DNA of 64,000 nucleotides from an uncultured Pseudomonadota bacterium (GTDB taxonomy: Bacteria > Pseudomonadota > Alphaproteobacteria > JACZXZ01): NCBI GenBank assembly GCA_963749075.1, contig CAVVLJ010000020.1:416001-480000 (forward strand), given 5' to 3'. This document shows positions 24,554 through 35,099 of this stretch, in pieces. Below the pieces are notes generated by a model that had not been told where the DNA came from, searched no databases, and saw only the letters and a program-made list of their open reading frames with translations. The position numbers and the translations under genes were made by a program. Position 1 is the stretch's first letter; each line of letters opens with the position of its first letter.

Positions 24554-26633
24554 ATGGCGCGAAGGCCGAGGAAATCGACGGCGGCCGGCAAGCAGGCCGA
24601 GAGCTATCGGCATGTGACGGCGGAAAGTCCGTCGCGGCCGGATGTCGGCACGCAGCCGCAGTTCCGCAAGAAGAAGCCGCCGGCGACCTATCGCTATGAC
24701 TCCTCGCTGTCGCCAGCGCTCGATTGGGACGGGCAGAACCCGGCGGGCGAGCAGGCCGAGGCGGCGATCAGCGACATCCTGAATATCGACTCGGGTGCGC
24801 TCGACAAGGCTGCAACGCTGGGAGAGGCTCAGGCAGCAGCGCGCGCGGCGATCGTCGGGGCGAAGGACGCGGCGGCCAGGCTGCGGCGCCTCGGCCGGCC
24901 GTTCCTCAACTGGGCCGGCAAGGCGGAGCGGCTGTCCTTCGACGTGCCGACCCTGCCGCTCTTCGTCCATGAGCGGCTCTCCACGAAGGCCATCGTCGAG
25001 ACCCTACAATCGCACGAGAAGCGCGCCGCGCAGGCCGACATGTTCAGCCTCTTCGGCGATCCGCGACGCTCCATCGCCGACCAGGTGCTGCGCGCCTACG
25101 AGTACCGCGACCAATGGGTCAACCGGATGATCCTCGGCGATTCGCTCATCGTGATGAACAGCCTGCTCCATTACGAGGGCATGGGCGGGCAAGTGCAGAT
25201 GATCTATATCGACCCGCCCTACGGCGTTAAGTTCGGCTCCAACTTCCAGCCCTTCGTGCGCAAGCGGGATGTGTCCCACAACGACGACCAGGACATGACC
25301 CGCGAGCCCGAGATGGTGAAGGCGTACCGCGACACCTGGGAGCTCGGGCTGCACTCCTACCTTACCTATCTGCGCGATCGCCTGCTGCTGGCGCGCGATC
25401 TCTTGCACGCGTCCGGCAGCGTGTTCGTCCAGATCAGCGATGAGAACCTGCATCATGTGCGGGAGCTGACGCCGGTGGATCACCATCGATACTAGCCGGG
25501 TGCCATTGGCGCTGGCGCGGCAGCGGCTACTGACCGCCACCTTTCCCTATTACCGGCTCAAGGATGAGGGACGGGGGCCGGCCGATGGATTCGTCTACGT
25601 GCGCAGGCAGAACCGCAAGGGAGAGGAAGTCGGAGGCATCGTGCCACACGTCACGCTCAAAAGCATTGCTAACAACGAGTCACCTGATGAGGAAATTCTA
25701 GTCGATCGGCCGGAGGAAGACACCGGCATTGTTCGCATCACTGGCCCATTTTGCGTCGAGGCGACGATCCCTACACCCATCGATTGGGAGCGGGACGGTA
25801 CGGAAAACGACGATCGCGCCGACACGCAAGGCAACTTCCTCGACCGCATGTTGGAAGTGCTGCGCCGGTCGCCGGTGCTGCAATTGGGCGGCGGCAAGGT
25901 GGTGACGTTCAAGAACATCCGGCCGCCGGCGAAGTCGCTCTCGCTCTCGGCCGAGGCCGTGATCGAGAACAGGCAGGTGAAGTCCGTCGCGCTCGTCTTC
26001 GGGCCGGAGAATGGCGCCGTCAGCGAGACGCTCGTCTTCACGGCGGCACGCGAGGCGCACGCGAAGAATTTCACGCACCTCTACGTGATCGGCTTCGCGA
26101 TCCAGTCGAACGCGCGCGAATTGATCGAAACCTGCGAGAGTGCGATCGGTATTCCTGCAACCTATGTCCAGGCGACCCCAGACCTTGTGATGGGCGATCT
26201 GCTCAAGACCACGCGGGCGAGCCAGATCTTCAGCGTCTGCGGCTTGCCGGAAATCAGGCTACGCAGGACGGAACCCGCTGAGGCCGGCGGTCCGGCACGC
26301 TACCGGGTAGAACTGCTCGGGCTCGACGTGTTCGATCCGGTGGAGATGGACACGGAGCACCGCAAGGGCGACGACGTGCCCTGCTGGATGCTCGATGCCG
26401 ACTATAGCGGCTTGGTCTTCCACGGCAGCCAGGTGTTCTTCCCGCGCACGGCGGCCTGGGACAACCTCAAGAAGGCACTCAAGGCGACGCATGAGGAAAG
26501 CGTGTGGGACCATCTTGCCGGCACGACCAGCGGCCCGTTCGAGGCCGGGCAGTATGGGCAGGTCGCGGTGAAGGTGATCGACGACCGGGGGAACGAGCTG
26601 CTGGTGGTGAAGAAGCTGGGCGAGGCCAAGTGA
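24554..26633 (+). pseudogene. mod: Type III R-M modification methylase (Mod), internally deleted and frameshifted near 25469
   Basis: N-part has NRMILGDSL and IYIDPPYG; after ENLHHVREL the sequence jumps to RRWITIDTSRVPLALARQRL in another frame; no target-recognition domain or SAM-binding motif I. Confidence 0.8.
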
Positions 26634-27160
26634 TGAGACGGCGGCTGCCTGCCCTCTCCGATCTGCTGATCAGCATCCTGCTGTTTGGTGGCGGGGGTGC
26701 CGTACTGCTGTTCCACGTCCCACGATCGGAGGACGCTGTTGCAGCCTTGGTCGGAGCGCTCTTCGGCGCGGGTGCTCTGTTGCTGGGAAACTGGATCAAC
26801 CGATCCAATCAAGACCGCCAGGCGGAAACCGAGTTAAACGCTAAGCGCGAGCGGATGAAGGCTCTAATCGGCTCGGACCTGGTCAACGTGGCTGTAGGGT
26901 ACCATCAACTGTACAGCATGATGACGAATGGGCTCGGGCTGTTGAAGACCGGAAACACCGAGCCAAATGGTCAGCATCTGCGAGGTTATTCCCCGAGACA
27001 GATGCCCTTCACAGACGCCCTTGCGCAGGACATCCCACTCCTCTCTACAGACGAGGTAAGGGCGATTGCAGCACTGCGGTCTAATATGGCCGCTACGACG
27101 TGTGCCATAACCGAATTCACGGACGGGTTGCGCCCCTTGAAGCTCGATTCCGCTCGATAG
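26633..27160 (+). CDS. Hypothetical membrane protein (two N-terminal TM segments); frame continues past the TAG to 27364
   Basis: TGATG coupling to the mod 3' end; lower GC; downstream ORF 27170-27364 is in the same frame. Confidence 0.55.
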   Translation: MRRRLPALSDLLISILLFGGGGAVLLFHVPRSEDAVAALVGALFGAGALLLGNWINRSNQDRQAETELNAKRERMKALIGSDLVNVAVGYHQLYSMMTNGLGLLKTGNTEPNGQHLRGYSPRQMPFTDALAQDIPLLSTDEVRAIAALRSNMAATTCAITEFTDGLRPLKLDSAR

Positions 27161-27431
27161 CTCTGGTCGATGATTTGCCGTGACATGAAGTCCTTGGCAG
27201 AGACGTTCGAGCGCATTGCTCCCTCAGCCGTTCGGAATCAGGGCGAGAAGTGGTCGGAATTTTTGCGCTGCTTGGCCGCTGCTGACGAACCCGATCCGTA
27301 TCGGATATCCAGGTCGAGCAAACCCCCCCATATGCCTCCCGGATTTTATAAGGGTTCCCGATAGTGGCTTAGCAGCGCGGGAACCCGACGCCCTGTGGCC
27401 GGATTTCCCCTTTCCGGGTGTGCCGAGCAAT

Positions 27432-27449
27432 GTTATATATTCGTATAAC
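27432..27449. promoter_or_regulatory. TA operator palindrome GTTATA-N6-TATAAC
   Basis: AT-rich inverted repeat just upstream of the antitoxin start, as in autoregulated pemIK-type promoters. Confidence 0.7.
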
Positions 27450-27461
27450 TCGGAGTCGTTC

Positions 27462-27722
27462 ATGTCCTATATGGCGGTGCTGCGCAAGGTCGGTGGTTCG
27501 GTGATGCTGGCGATTCCGCCGGCGCTGCTCGAAACCATGTCGCTCGCGGCCGGGAAGCCGGTTGCCGTGTCGGTCGAAGGCGGCAGGCTCGTGGTCGAGC
27601 CCGCACGGCGGCAGCACTACACGCTCGACGAGCTGCTGGCGCGATGCGACGCCGAAGCTCCACGACCGGAGGAAGAGCGGGAATGGCTCGACGCTGCCGC
27701 GGCAGGCCGTGAACTCATCTGA
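27462..27722 (+). CDS. AbrB/MazE-family antitoxin (PemI/ChpS-like)
   Basis: LRKVGGSVMLAIPPALL, YTLDELLA and EWLD..GRELI motifs. Confidence 0.9.
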   Translation: MSYMAVLRKVGGSVMLAIPPALLETMSLAAGKPVAVSVEGGRLVVEPARRQHYTLDELLARCDAEAPRPEEEREWLDAAAAGRELI

Positions 27723-28054
27723 TGGAACGGGGCGACATCTATCTGGTGTCGCTCGATCCGGCGGAAGGGCATGAGCAACGCGGCAGGCGCCCGGTGCTCG
27801 TGATCTCGCCCGGCCCGTTCAACCGGCTGACCCGGGTTCCGGTCGTGCTGCCGATCACCACCGGGGGCAGCTTCGCGCGCATGGCGGGGTTCGCCGTACC
27901 GCTCGCCGGCGCCGGAACCGAGACGACCGGCATCATCCGTTGCGACCAGCCGCGCGCCCTCGATCTTCACGCCCGCGGCGGACGCAGGCTCGAAACCGTG
28001 CCGCCCGCCATCATCGATGATGTCCTGGCGCGGCTGGCAACGATCGTGGGATAG
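27722..28054 (+). CDS. PemK/MazF-family endoribonuclease toxin
   Basis: MERGDIYLVSLDP..GHEQRGRRPVLVIS..FN, VLPIT and DQPRALD motifs. Confidence 0.93.
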   Translation: MERGDIYLVSLDPAEGHEQRGRRPVLVISPGPFNRLTRVPVVLPITTGGSFARMAGFAVPLAGAGTETTGIIRCDQPRALDLHARGGRRLETVPPAIIDDVLARLATIVG

Positions 28055-28063
28055 CAACACCGG

Positions 28064-31000
28064 ATGCCGCCGCAAGAAGGCAGCGCTCGAGTGAGCAATT
28101 TCGAGGTCGCTGAGCCGATCCTCAACGCGCCATTCGCGGAGCCCGCCGCGCATTGGCTGATCGAGGAGGGCAAGGAGCCCGAGCGCAGGAGCGGCCGGCG
28201 CCGCGCCGGCTACTGGTATCGCGACCCCAAGGTGCGGGATGCCTCCGAGCACGAGGCCAAGGGCGAATGGCGCGAGCTGGCGCTCGTCAACCTGATCCGG
28301 GAGCGGATGAAGGAGTGGCGCGGGGTTGGCCGCCCTGGCCTCACGCGCACGACGCGAGAGCTGATCGACTATTGGAGCCGCGACGGGCGGGAGACGCGGC
28401 TGTTCTTCGCCCAGCTCGAGGCGGCGGAGACGATCGTCTTTCTCATCGAGGCGCGGGCCGATTTCCTCCAGGGGATTGCGGTGCCGTCGGACGAGCCGGG
28501 AGACGACCAGAAGGCGGAGGGCATTCGTGCCTTTCGCCGCCTCGCCTGCAAGATGGCGACGGGCTCCGGGAAGACGACTGTCATGGCGATGCTCGCGTCA
28601 TGGAGCATCCTCAACAAGGTCAACGACCGCGCGGACCGGCGGTTCTCGGACGTCGTGCTGGCGGTCTGCCCCAACGTAACCATCCGCAACCGCCTAGCCG
28701 AGCTCGATCCGAGGGCCGGCGAAGCGAGCCTCTACCGCACGCGCGACCTCGTGCCGGAACGGCTGATGCCGGATTTGACGCAGGGGCGCGTCCTCGTCAC
28801 CAACTGGCACATTTTCGAGCCGCAGGGGAGTGCTGTCGGCGGCACCGGCGCGCGCGTGGTGAAGACCGGGCGGCCCGTGCCGTTCGACGAAACCTTCCAG
28901 GTTGCGCGCAAAACCACCTCGTTCCGCGGCAGGCGCTACATCACGCCGGAAGCGCTCGCCGCCCGGATTGCGAGCGGCGAGCTTACCGTCGTCGATGAGA
29001 AGCGCGACGCGCAAGGCAATCTCGTCAGCGTCAAGGTGCGAGGCGTCCGCTACGTGGAAAGCGACACGGCGCTCGTGGAACGCGTGCTCCGCGAGGTGGG
29101 CGGCAAGCGCAATGTCCTGGTCTTCAACGATGAGGCCCATCATGCCTACCGCATCCGCCGCAACGAGGCGCAAGGCGACGACTCCTCGGAAGAGGACGAG
29201 AACGGCGACGCGGACGAGGAATTCGTTAAGAGCGCCACGGTCTGGGTCGACGGGCTGGACCGGATCAACAAGCTGCGCGGCATCAATTTCTGCGTCGATC
29301 TGTCGGCGACGCCCTATTTCATCGGCCGGGTCGGGCAGGCGACGAACAGCGTTTTTCCCTGGGTCGTCAGCGATTTCGGGCTAACCGACGCCATCGAATC
29401 GGGGCTGGTGAAGATCCCGCAACTTGCCGTGCGCGACACGACGGGTGCGGCCATCCCCGGCTATTTCAACATCTGGCACTGGATTCTGCCCAAGCTGACG
29501 GCGGCCGAGCGCGGCGGGCGCAAGGGCAATCCGAAACCCGAGGCGATCCTGAAATACGCCGACACGCCGATCGCCATGCTCGGCAGCCTGTGGGACGAGG
29601 AACGGCGGCGATGGGAGGTGGACCTTAAAGAGGAGCGTCCGCCCGTTTTCATCCTGGTCTGCAAGAACACCAAAATCGCCAAGGTACTGCATGAATGGCT
29701 GGCGGAGGGGAAGTCGCCGACCGGCATTCCGCCGGCGAAGATCGACGCCTTGCGCAACCGGCCGGATCGGCTGGTCACGATCCGAGTGGACACCAAGGTC
29801 GTCCACGAAAGCGACAGCGACCAGGCCAAGAGCGACGAGGTGATCTGGATGCGGCTGACCCTCGACACGGTCGGCAAGCTCGATTGGCCGCGCGACCGAC
29901 AGGGCCGGCCGCTGTACGCGGAGGGCTTCGGGGAGTTGGCGGGCAAGCTCGGCCGGCCGCTGCATCCACCGGGGCGGGACATTCGCTGCATCGTCAGCGT
30001 CGGGATGCTGACCGAGGGATGGGATTGCAACACGGTCACGCATATCGTGGGGCTGCGCCCGTTCATGTCGCAGCTTCTCTGCGAGCAGGTCGTCGGACGC
30101 GGACTCCGCCGGTCGAGCTACGAGGTTGGCGAGGACGGGCGCTTGACCGAGGAAGTCGCCAAGGTGTTCGGCGTCCCCTTCGAGGTCATTCCCTTCAAGG
30201 CGAACAAGGGCGCGGCGAAAGCGCCGCGGCCGAAGCGGCACCATATCCATGCGGTGCCGGAGAAGGACGCGTATGCCATTGCCTTCCCCCGCGTCGAGGG
30301 CTTTCGGCAGGCGGTTCGCAATCGCGTGACCGTCGATTGGCCGGCGCTGGCGCCGCTCGCGCTCGATCCCAAGCGGATTCCGCCCGAGGTTCAGATGAAG
30401 GGCGCACTACCGGCAAACCGAGGGCGACCATCTCTCAGCGGTCCCGGCGCGCTCGTCGATGTGAACCTCAATCCCTATCGCAAGGGGCGCCGCCTCCAAG
30501 AGCTGGCATTCGAGATGGCCCGCGACCTGACGCGGGACTTCGGCAGCCGGAGCGAAGGCGCAGCACCGGCGCATGTCCTCTTTCCCCAACTCGCCGCGAT
30601 TGTCGCGCGCTATCTGCGGGAGAAGATCGTACCCGAGGCCCCGGCCGAGCGGATCGATGCGTTTCTCTCACCCTATTACGGATGGGTGATCGAACGGCTG
30701 GTCGAAGCGATCCGGCCCGATACCGCGCAGGGCGAGTCCCCGGAGCTGCCGGTCTTCGAGCGGAACCGAGGCGACGGCTCGACGGGGGAAGTCAATTTTT
30801 GGACCAGCCGCGACGTGCGCGATGTGGTGCGCTGCCATCTCAACTACGTGGTCGCCGATACGAAGCAATGGGAGCAGTCGGCGGCCTACCTCATCGACAC
30901 CCATCCCGCGGTGGACGCCTTCGTCAAGAACGCCGGCCTGGGTTTCGCCATCCCATACCTCCACAACGGCCAGCAGCACGACTATGAGCCGGACTTTCTC

Positions 31001-31204
31001 GTGCGCTTGAAGGGCGACAGGCCGCGTCATCTGATCCTTGAAACCAAAGGGTACGACGACCTCGCGGAGGTGAAGCGCCAAGCCGCTGATCGTTGGGTTG
31101 GCGCGGTGAATGCGGAGCGTACGTATGGGAGATGGCGGTTCGCGATGGTACGGAAGGTTGGAGACGTGCTCGCCGCCTTGAACGCGGCTGCGAGCGAGTC
31201 GTGA
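28064..31204 (+). CDS. res: Type III restriction endonuclease Res subunit (SF2 helicase + PD-(D/E)xK nuclease)
   Basis: KMATGSGKT, NDEAHH, LSATP, LTEGWD, EQVVGRGLR and YEPDF..LILETKG motifs. Confidence 0.9.
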   Translation: MPPQEGSARVSNFEVAEPILNAPFAEPAAHWLIEEGKEPERRSGRRRAGYWYRDPKVRDASEHEAKGEWRELALVNLIRERMKEWRGVGRPGLTRTTRELIDYWSRDGRETRLFFAQLEAAETIVFLIEARADFLQGIAVPSDEPGDDQKAEGIRAFRRLACKMATGSGKTTVMAMLASWSILNKVNDRADRRFSDVVLAVCPNVTIRNRLAELDPRAGEASLYRTRDLVPERLMPDLTQGRVLVTNWHIFEPQGSAVGGTGARVVKTGRPVPFDETFQVARKTTSFRGRRYITPEALAARIASGELTVVDEKRDAQGNLVSVKVRGVRYVESDTALVERVLREVGGKRNVLVFNDEAHHAYRIRRNEAQGDDSSEEDENGDADEEFVKSATVWVDGLDRINKLRGINFCVDLSATPYFIGRVGQATNSVFPWVVSDFGLTDAIESGLVKIPQLAVRDTTGAAIPGYFNIWHWILPKLTAAERGGRKGNPKPEAILKYADTPIAMLGSLWDEERRRWEVDLKEERPPVFILVCKNTKIAKVLHEWLAEGKSPTGIPPAKIDALRNRPDRLVTIRVDTKVVHESDSDQAKSDEVIWMRLTLDTVGKLDWPRDRQGRPLYAEGFGELAGKLGRPLHPPGRDIRCIVSVGMLTEGWDCNTVTHIVGLRPFMSQLLCEQVVGRGLRRSSYEVGEDGRLTEEVAKVFGVPFEVIPFKANKGAAKAPRPKRHHIHAVPEKDAYAIAFPRVEGFRQAVRNRVTVDWPALAPLALDPKRIPPEVQMKGALPANRGRPSLSGPGALVDVNLNPYRKGRRLQELAFEMARDLTRDFGSRSEGAAPAHVLFPQLAAIVARYLREKIVPEAPAERIDAFLSPYYGWVIERLVEAIRPDTAQGESPELPVFERNRGDGSTGEVNFWTSRDVRDVVRCHLNYVVADTKQWEQSAAYLIDTHPAVDAFVKNAGLGFAIPYLHNGQQHDYEPDFLVRLKGDRPRHLILETKGYDDLAEVKRQAADRWVGAVNAERTYGRWRFAMVRKVGDVLAALNAAASES

Positions 31205-31282
31205 GGCGAGCCCAGGTGGGGAAGGGGTTCGGGGATGGCTGAGTGGCGATGTATGCGCAGCCCGAATTCGATGGTAAATAAT

Positions 31283-31408
31283 CCCTCACCCTTCCCGTTG
31301 CTGCGCAACGGGCCCCTTCCCTCTCCCGCAAGCGGGCGAGGGGATTAAGCCCTCTCCCGCAAGCGGGAGAGGGAGGGGCCCGTCCCGAAGGGACGGGAGG
31401 GTGAGGGA
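31283..31408. repeat. Intergenic palindromic REP-like repeat (doublet)
   Basis: CCCTCTCCCGCAAGCGGG(A/C)GAGGG occurs twice within an inverted-repeat frame; same family as 6187-6274. Confidence 0.75.
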
Positions 31409-31440
31409 CAGCGCGGTCCATTCCCCGAGGAGAGTGTCCC

Positions 31441-32625
31441 ATGCGCGAAGCCGTCATCGTCTCGACCGCCCGCACGCCGATCGGCAAGGCCTACCGCGGC
31501 GCCTTCAATCTGACCCATGGTGCGACGCTCGCCGGCCACGCAATCCGCCACGCGGTCGAGCGCGCCAGGCTCGAGCCGGGCGAGGTCGAGGACTGCATCA
31601 TGGGCTGCGCCTTGCCGGAAGGGGCGACCGGCGGCAACATCGCGCGCCAGGCGGCGATCCGCGCCGGGCTGCCGGTCACCACGGGCGGCGTCACCGTCAA
31701 CCGCTTCTGCAGCTCCGGCATGCAGGCGATCGCCATCGCGGCGGGCCGCGTCGTCATGGAAGAGGTGCCGGCCGCGGTCGCGGGCGGGCTCGAATCGATC
31801 TCGCTCGTGCAGACCGAGCACCAGAACAAGCACCACTACAACGACGAGTGGATCATGGCGCACAAGCCCGAGATCTACCTCGCCATGATCGAGACCGCCG
31901 ACATCGTGGCGAGGCGCTACCAGGTGAGCCGCGAGCGCCAGGACGAGTTCGCGCTTTCGAGCCAGCTGCGCTGCGCCGCGGCCCAGCAGGCCGGCCGCTT
32001 CGACGACGAGATCGTGCCGCTCAAGACGACCAAGCTCATGGCGAACAAGGAGACCGGCGAGACCTGGACCGAGGAGACGACGCTGGCGCGCGACGAGGGC
32101 AACCGCCCCGATACCACGCCCGAGGGCCTCGCCAAGCTCAAGCCCGTGCGCGGCGACGACCAGTTCATCACCGCCGGCAACGCGAGCCAGCTCTCCGACG
32201 GCGCCTCGGCCTGCGTCGTCATGGAGGCGAAGGAGGCCGCGCGCCGCGGCTTGGCACCCCTCGGCATCTTCCGCGGCTTCGCGGTCGCCGGCTGCGAGCC
32301 CGACGAGATGGGCATCGGCCCGGTCTTCGCGGTGCCGCGCCTCCTCTCGCGCCACGGGCTCAAGATGGACGACATCGATCTCTGGGAGCTCAATGAGGCC
32401 TTCGCCGTGCAGGTCGTCTATTGTCGCGACCGCCTCGGCATCCCCCACGAGAGGCTCAACGTCGACGGCGGCGCCGTTGCCGTCGGCCATCCCTACGGCA
32501 TGAGCGGCGCGCGCCTCGTGGGCCACGCCCTCATCGAGGGCAAGCGGCGCGGCGCCAAGCACTGCGTCGTCACCATGTGCATCGGCGGCGGCATGGGGGC
32601 GGCCGGCCTCTTCGAGGTGGCGTGA
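31441..32625 (+). CDS. Acetyl-CoA acyltransferase (thiolase, PimB-like)
   Basis: [22 protein letters not shown] and MCIGGGMG motifs. Confidence 0.95.
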   Translation: MREAVIVSTARTPIGKAYRGAFNLTHGATLAGHAIRHAVERARLEPGEVEDCIMGCALPEGATGGNIARQAAIRAGLPVTTGGVTVNRFCSSGMQAIAIAAGRVVMEEVPAAVAGGLESISLVQTEHQNKHHYNDEWIMAHKPEIYLAMIETADIVARRYQVSRERQDEFALSSQLRCAAAQQAGRFDDEIVPLKTTKLMANKETGETWTEETTLARDEGNRPDTTPEGLAKLKPVRGDDQFITAGNASQLSDGASACVVMEAKEAARRGLAPLGIFRGFAVAGCEPDEMGIGPVFAVPRLLSRHGLKMDDIDLWELNEAFAVQVVYCRDRLGIPHERLNVDGGAVAVGHPYGMSGARLVGHALIEGKRRGAKHCVVTMCIGGGMGAAGLFEVA

Positions 32626-32632
32626 GGGTGCT

Positions 32633-33703
32633 GTGAGCGCGGACGCGGTCGATCTCATCGAGCCGCGCAAGGGCGAGGAGCTCGACACAAGCCGCCTCGA
32701 GCCGTACTTGCGCGCGCATCTGCCGGCGGCCGACGGGCCCTTCTCCTTCCGCCAGTTCGGCGGCGGCCATGCCAACCTCACCTACGAGGTGCGCTTCGGC
32801 GCCCACGAATACGTCGTGCGCCGTCCGCCGCTCGGCCCCATAGCCCCCTCGGCCCACGACATGAAGCGCGAGAATCGCGTGCTGGCGACGCTGCCGGACG
32901 TCTTCGCGCTGGCGCCCAAGAGCTACCTCTATTGCGGCGACGCTTCGCTCATCGGCGCCGAGTTCCACGTCATGGAGCGCCGCCACGGCATCGTCATCCG
33001 CAGCGACCTGCCCGACGAGTTCAAGGGCGATCTCGCCTTGGCGCGGCGCATCGGCGAGATGATGGTGGACAACCTGGCCCACCTCCACACGGCCGATCCG
33101 GCGGCGGCCGGCTTGGGCGACCTCGGCCGTCCGGACGGCTATGTGGCGCGCCAGCTCGAGGGCTGGACCAAGCGCTGGCACGCCGCCAAGGACAAGGACA
33201 ATGCCAACGTGGACGAGATGGAGCGCTGGCTCCATGCCCGCGTGCCGAGGCCCGAGGCCGTCTCGCTCCTGCACAACGACTACAAGCTCGACAACATGAT
33301 CGTCGACGCGCACGACCCGGGGCGCGCGGTGGCGGTGCTCGACTGGGACATGTGCACGCGCGGCGATCCCCTCATGGACCTCGGCTACATGCTCAACTAC
33401 TGGTCCGAGGCGGGCGACGATCCGGCGTGGCGGCAGGCCGCCTTCATGCCGACCTGGTACCCGGGCTTCCCGAGCCGCCGGGAGGCCGTCGAGCGCTACG
33501 CCGGGAAGACCGGCTTCGCGCTCGCCGACGTGCGCTGGTACCACGTCTTCGGCGTCTTCAAGCTGACCGGCGTCATCCAGCAGATCTACATCCGCTACCT
33601 GCGCGGCCAGACCACGGACGCCCGCTTCGCCGCCTTCGGCCAGCGCGTGGCGACGCTTGCGGAGAAGGGTGCCGCCCTCATCGCGGGCGAAGCGGGGCCG
33701 TGA
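32633..33703 (+). CDS. APH-family phosphotransferase (acyl-CoA dehydrogenase-associated type)
   Basis: GGHANLTY, RRPP..SAHDMKRE, HNDYKLDN and LDWDM motifs. Confidence 0.88.
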   Translation: MSADAVDLIEPRKGEELDTSRLEPYLRAHLPAADGPFSFRQFGGGHANLTYEVRFGAHEYVVRRPPLGPIAPSAHDMKRENRVLATLPDVFALAPKSYLYCGDASLIGAEFHVMERRHGIVIRSDLPDEFKGDLALARRIGEMMVDNLAHLHTADPAAAGLGDLGRPDGYVARQLEGWTKRWHAAKDKDNANVDEMERWLHARVPRPEAVSLLHNDYKLDNMIVDAHDPGRAVAVLDWDMCTRGDPLMDLGYMLNYWSEAGDDPAWRQAAFMPTWYPGFPSRREAVERYAGKTGFALADVRWYHVFGVFKLTGVIQQIYIRYLRGQTTDARFAAFGQRVATLAEKGAALIAGEAGP

Positions 33704-33740
33704 GGCCGGCGGCGGAAAACTCGGCCCCGCCTCAAGCGGG

Positions 33741-33797
33741 CGCTGAATTTCTTGTCGCTGAATTTCTTGTCGCTGAATTTCTTGTCGCTGAATTTCT
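33741..33797. repeat. 15-bp tandem repeat CGCTGAATTTCTTGT x3.8
   Basis: Seen directly, upstream of the tetR-family gene. Confidence 0.9.
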
Positions 33798-33807
33798 CCG
33801 GCCGATG

Positions 33808-33826
33808 ATGTAAAAGAAGCTAACAT
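33808..33826. promoter_or_regulatory. Putative TetR operator 1 (ATGTAAAAGAAGCTAACAT)
   Basis: Imperfect 19-bp palindrome overlapping the tetR start codon; twin site at 34521-34539. Confidence 0.6.
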
Positions 33827-34481
33827 GACTTGGACCGGACCGGGCGGCGGCCACGAGCGGCGCGGCTATCACCACGGCAATCTGCGCGAGGCGCTGATCG
33901 AGGCGGCGCTGGCGCTGATCGCGGAGAAGGGCCCGGCCGGCTTCACGGTGGCCGAGGCGGCGCGGCTCGCAGGCGTCAGCCCCGCCGCACCCTATCGCCA
34001 TTTCCGCGACGCCGAGGCGCTCCTGGCCGAGGTGGCGCTCCGCGGCTTCGAGCATTTCGCAGCTGCCCTCGCCCGCGCCTGGAACGACGGCCGGCCCAAC
34101 CCGCTCCGCGCCTTCGAGAACGTTGGCCGCGCCTATCTCGCCTTTGCGCGCGACGAGCCCGCCTATTATGCCGCGATGTTCGAGACGCGCATCGCCTTCG
34201 AGGGCTACCCGCCGCTGCGCGCCGCCGCCGACCGCGCCTTCGCCATTCTGCGCGAGGCCGCCGAGCGCGTGGCCGCGACCTTGCCCAAGGCCAGCCGCCC
34301 GCCCTCGCTCATGATTGCGCTCCATGTCTGGGCGCTCTCGCACGGCATCGCCTCGCTCTTCTGCCGTGCCGATGCGGCGCGACGCAAGCTGCCGATGTCG
34401 CCCGAGGAGCTGCTCGAAGCCGGCGTGCTGCTCTATCTGCAAAGCCTCGGCCTGGCAGGCGGGGCAGGGAAGGATAAATAG
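33825..34481 (+). CDS. TetR/AcrR-family regulator
   Basis: YHHGNLREALI and AGVSPAAPYRHF HTH; WALSHG C-terminal motif. Confidence 0.92.
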   Translation: MTWTGPGGGHERRGYHHGNLREALIEAALALIAEKGPAGFTVAEAARLAGVSPAAPYRHFRDAEALLAEVALRGFEHFAAALARAWNDGRPNPLRAFENVGRAYLAFARDEPAYYAAMFETRIAFEGYPPLRAAADRAFAILREAAERVAATLPKASRPPSLMIALHVWALSHGIASLFCRADAARRKLPMSPEELLEAGVLLYLQSLGLAGGAGKDK

Positions 34482-34520
34482 CGCATCTCTCCCCCTTGAC
34501 TCCCGCGCCTCGACGGAGTT

Positions 34521-34539
34521 ATGTAAATGTATCTTACAT
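34521..34539. promoter_or_regulatory. Putative TetR operator 2 (ATGTAAATGTATCTTACAT) overlapping a -10 region
   Basis: Palindrome ATGTAA-N7-TTACAT downstream of TTGACT at 34496. Confidence 0.65.
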
Positions 34540-34555
34540 TCACATGAGGCCAGCC

Positions 34556-35065
34556 ATGACCAGCGCCGCAAATGATCAAGCCTATGGCGGTCCCAACTGG
34601 GGTCGGGGCCCCAACGCGCAAGGCGGCCCGTGGGGCCATCGCTATTGGGACATGCTGCCGCCTTGGATGCCGTTCCATGCGGTGAAGCCGCTCATCGTCG
34701 TGGCGATGGTCTTGGGCTTCATCTTCTGGTGGCCGATCGGTCTGGTGCTGCTCGGCGTTCTCATATGGAGCAAACGGATGTGGTACCACAACTATGGCCG
34801 CCACGGCGGCTGGCCGGGCCGTCGCGGCCCGTGGCAGGGTTGGAAGAGCTGGTCCGGCGGCTGCGGCGCCTCGTCATCGAGCGGCAACGCCGCCTTCGAC
34901 GAATATCGCGCCGAGACGCTCAGCCGTCTCGAGGACGAGCAGAAGGAGTTTGCCGAATTCCTCGACCGGCTGCGCGTCGCCAAGGACAAGGCCGAGTTCG
35001 ATCAGTTCATGAATGACCGCCGCCAGCGGCCGGAGACGCCGCCGGAGCAGCCGCAGCCGGCCTGA
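34556..35065 (+). CDS. DUF2852-family protein
   Basis: MVLGFIFWWPIGL and SGNAAFDEYRAETLSRLEDEQKEF..AKDKAEFDQFM motifs. Confidence 0.85.
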   Translation: MTSAANDQAYGGPNWGRGPNAQGGPWGHRYWDMLPPWMPFHAVKPLIVVAMVLGFIFWWPIGLVLLGVLIWSKRMWYHNYGRHGGWPGRRGPWQGWKSWSGGCGASSSSGNAAFDEYRAETLSRLEDEQKEFAEFLDRLRVAKDKAEFDQFMNDRRQRPETPPEQPQPA

Positions 35066-35099
35066 GCGCGATCGGCGCCGGCGTCGGTCCGGCGCCGCC

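Noticed and set aside
27158-27160. In-frame TAG as pyrrolysine recoding
   Set aside because: No pyl genes or methylamine methyltransferase context; a nonsense mutation or true stop is simpler
33741-33797. Tandem repeat as a CRISPR array
   Set aside because: 15-bp units abut with no spacers, and no cas genes are present
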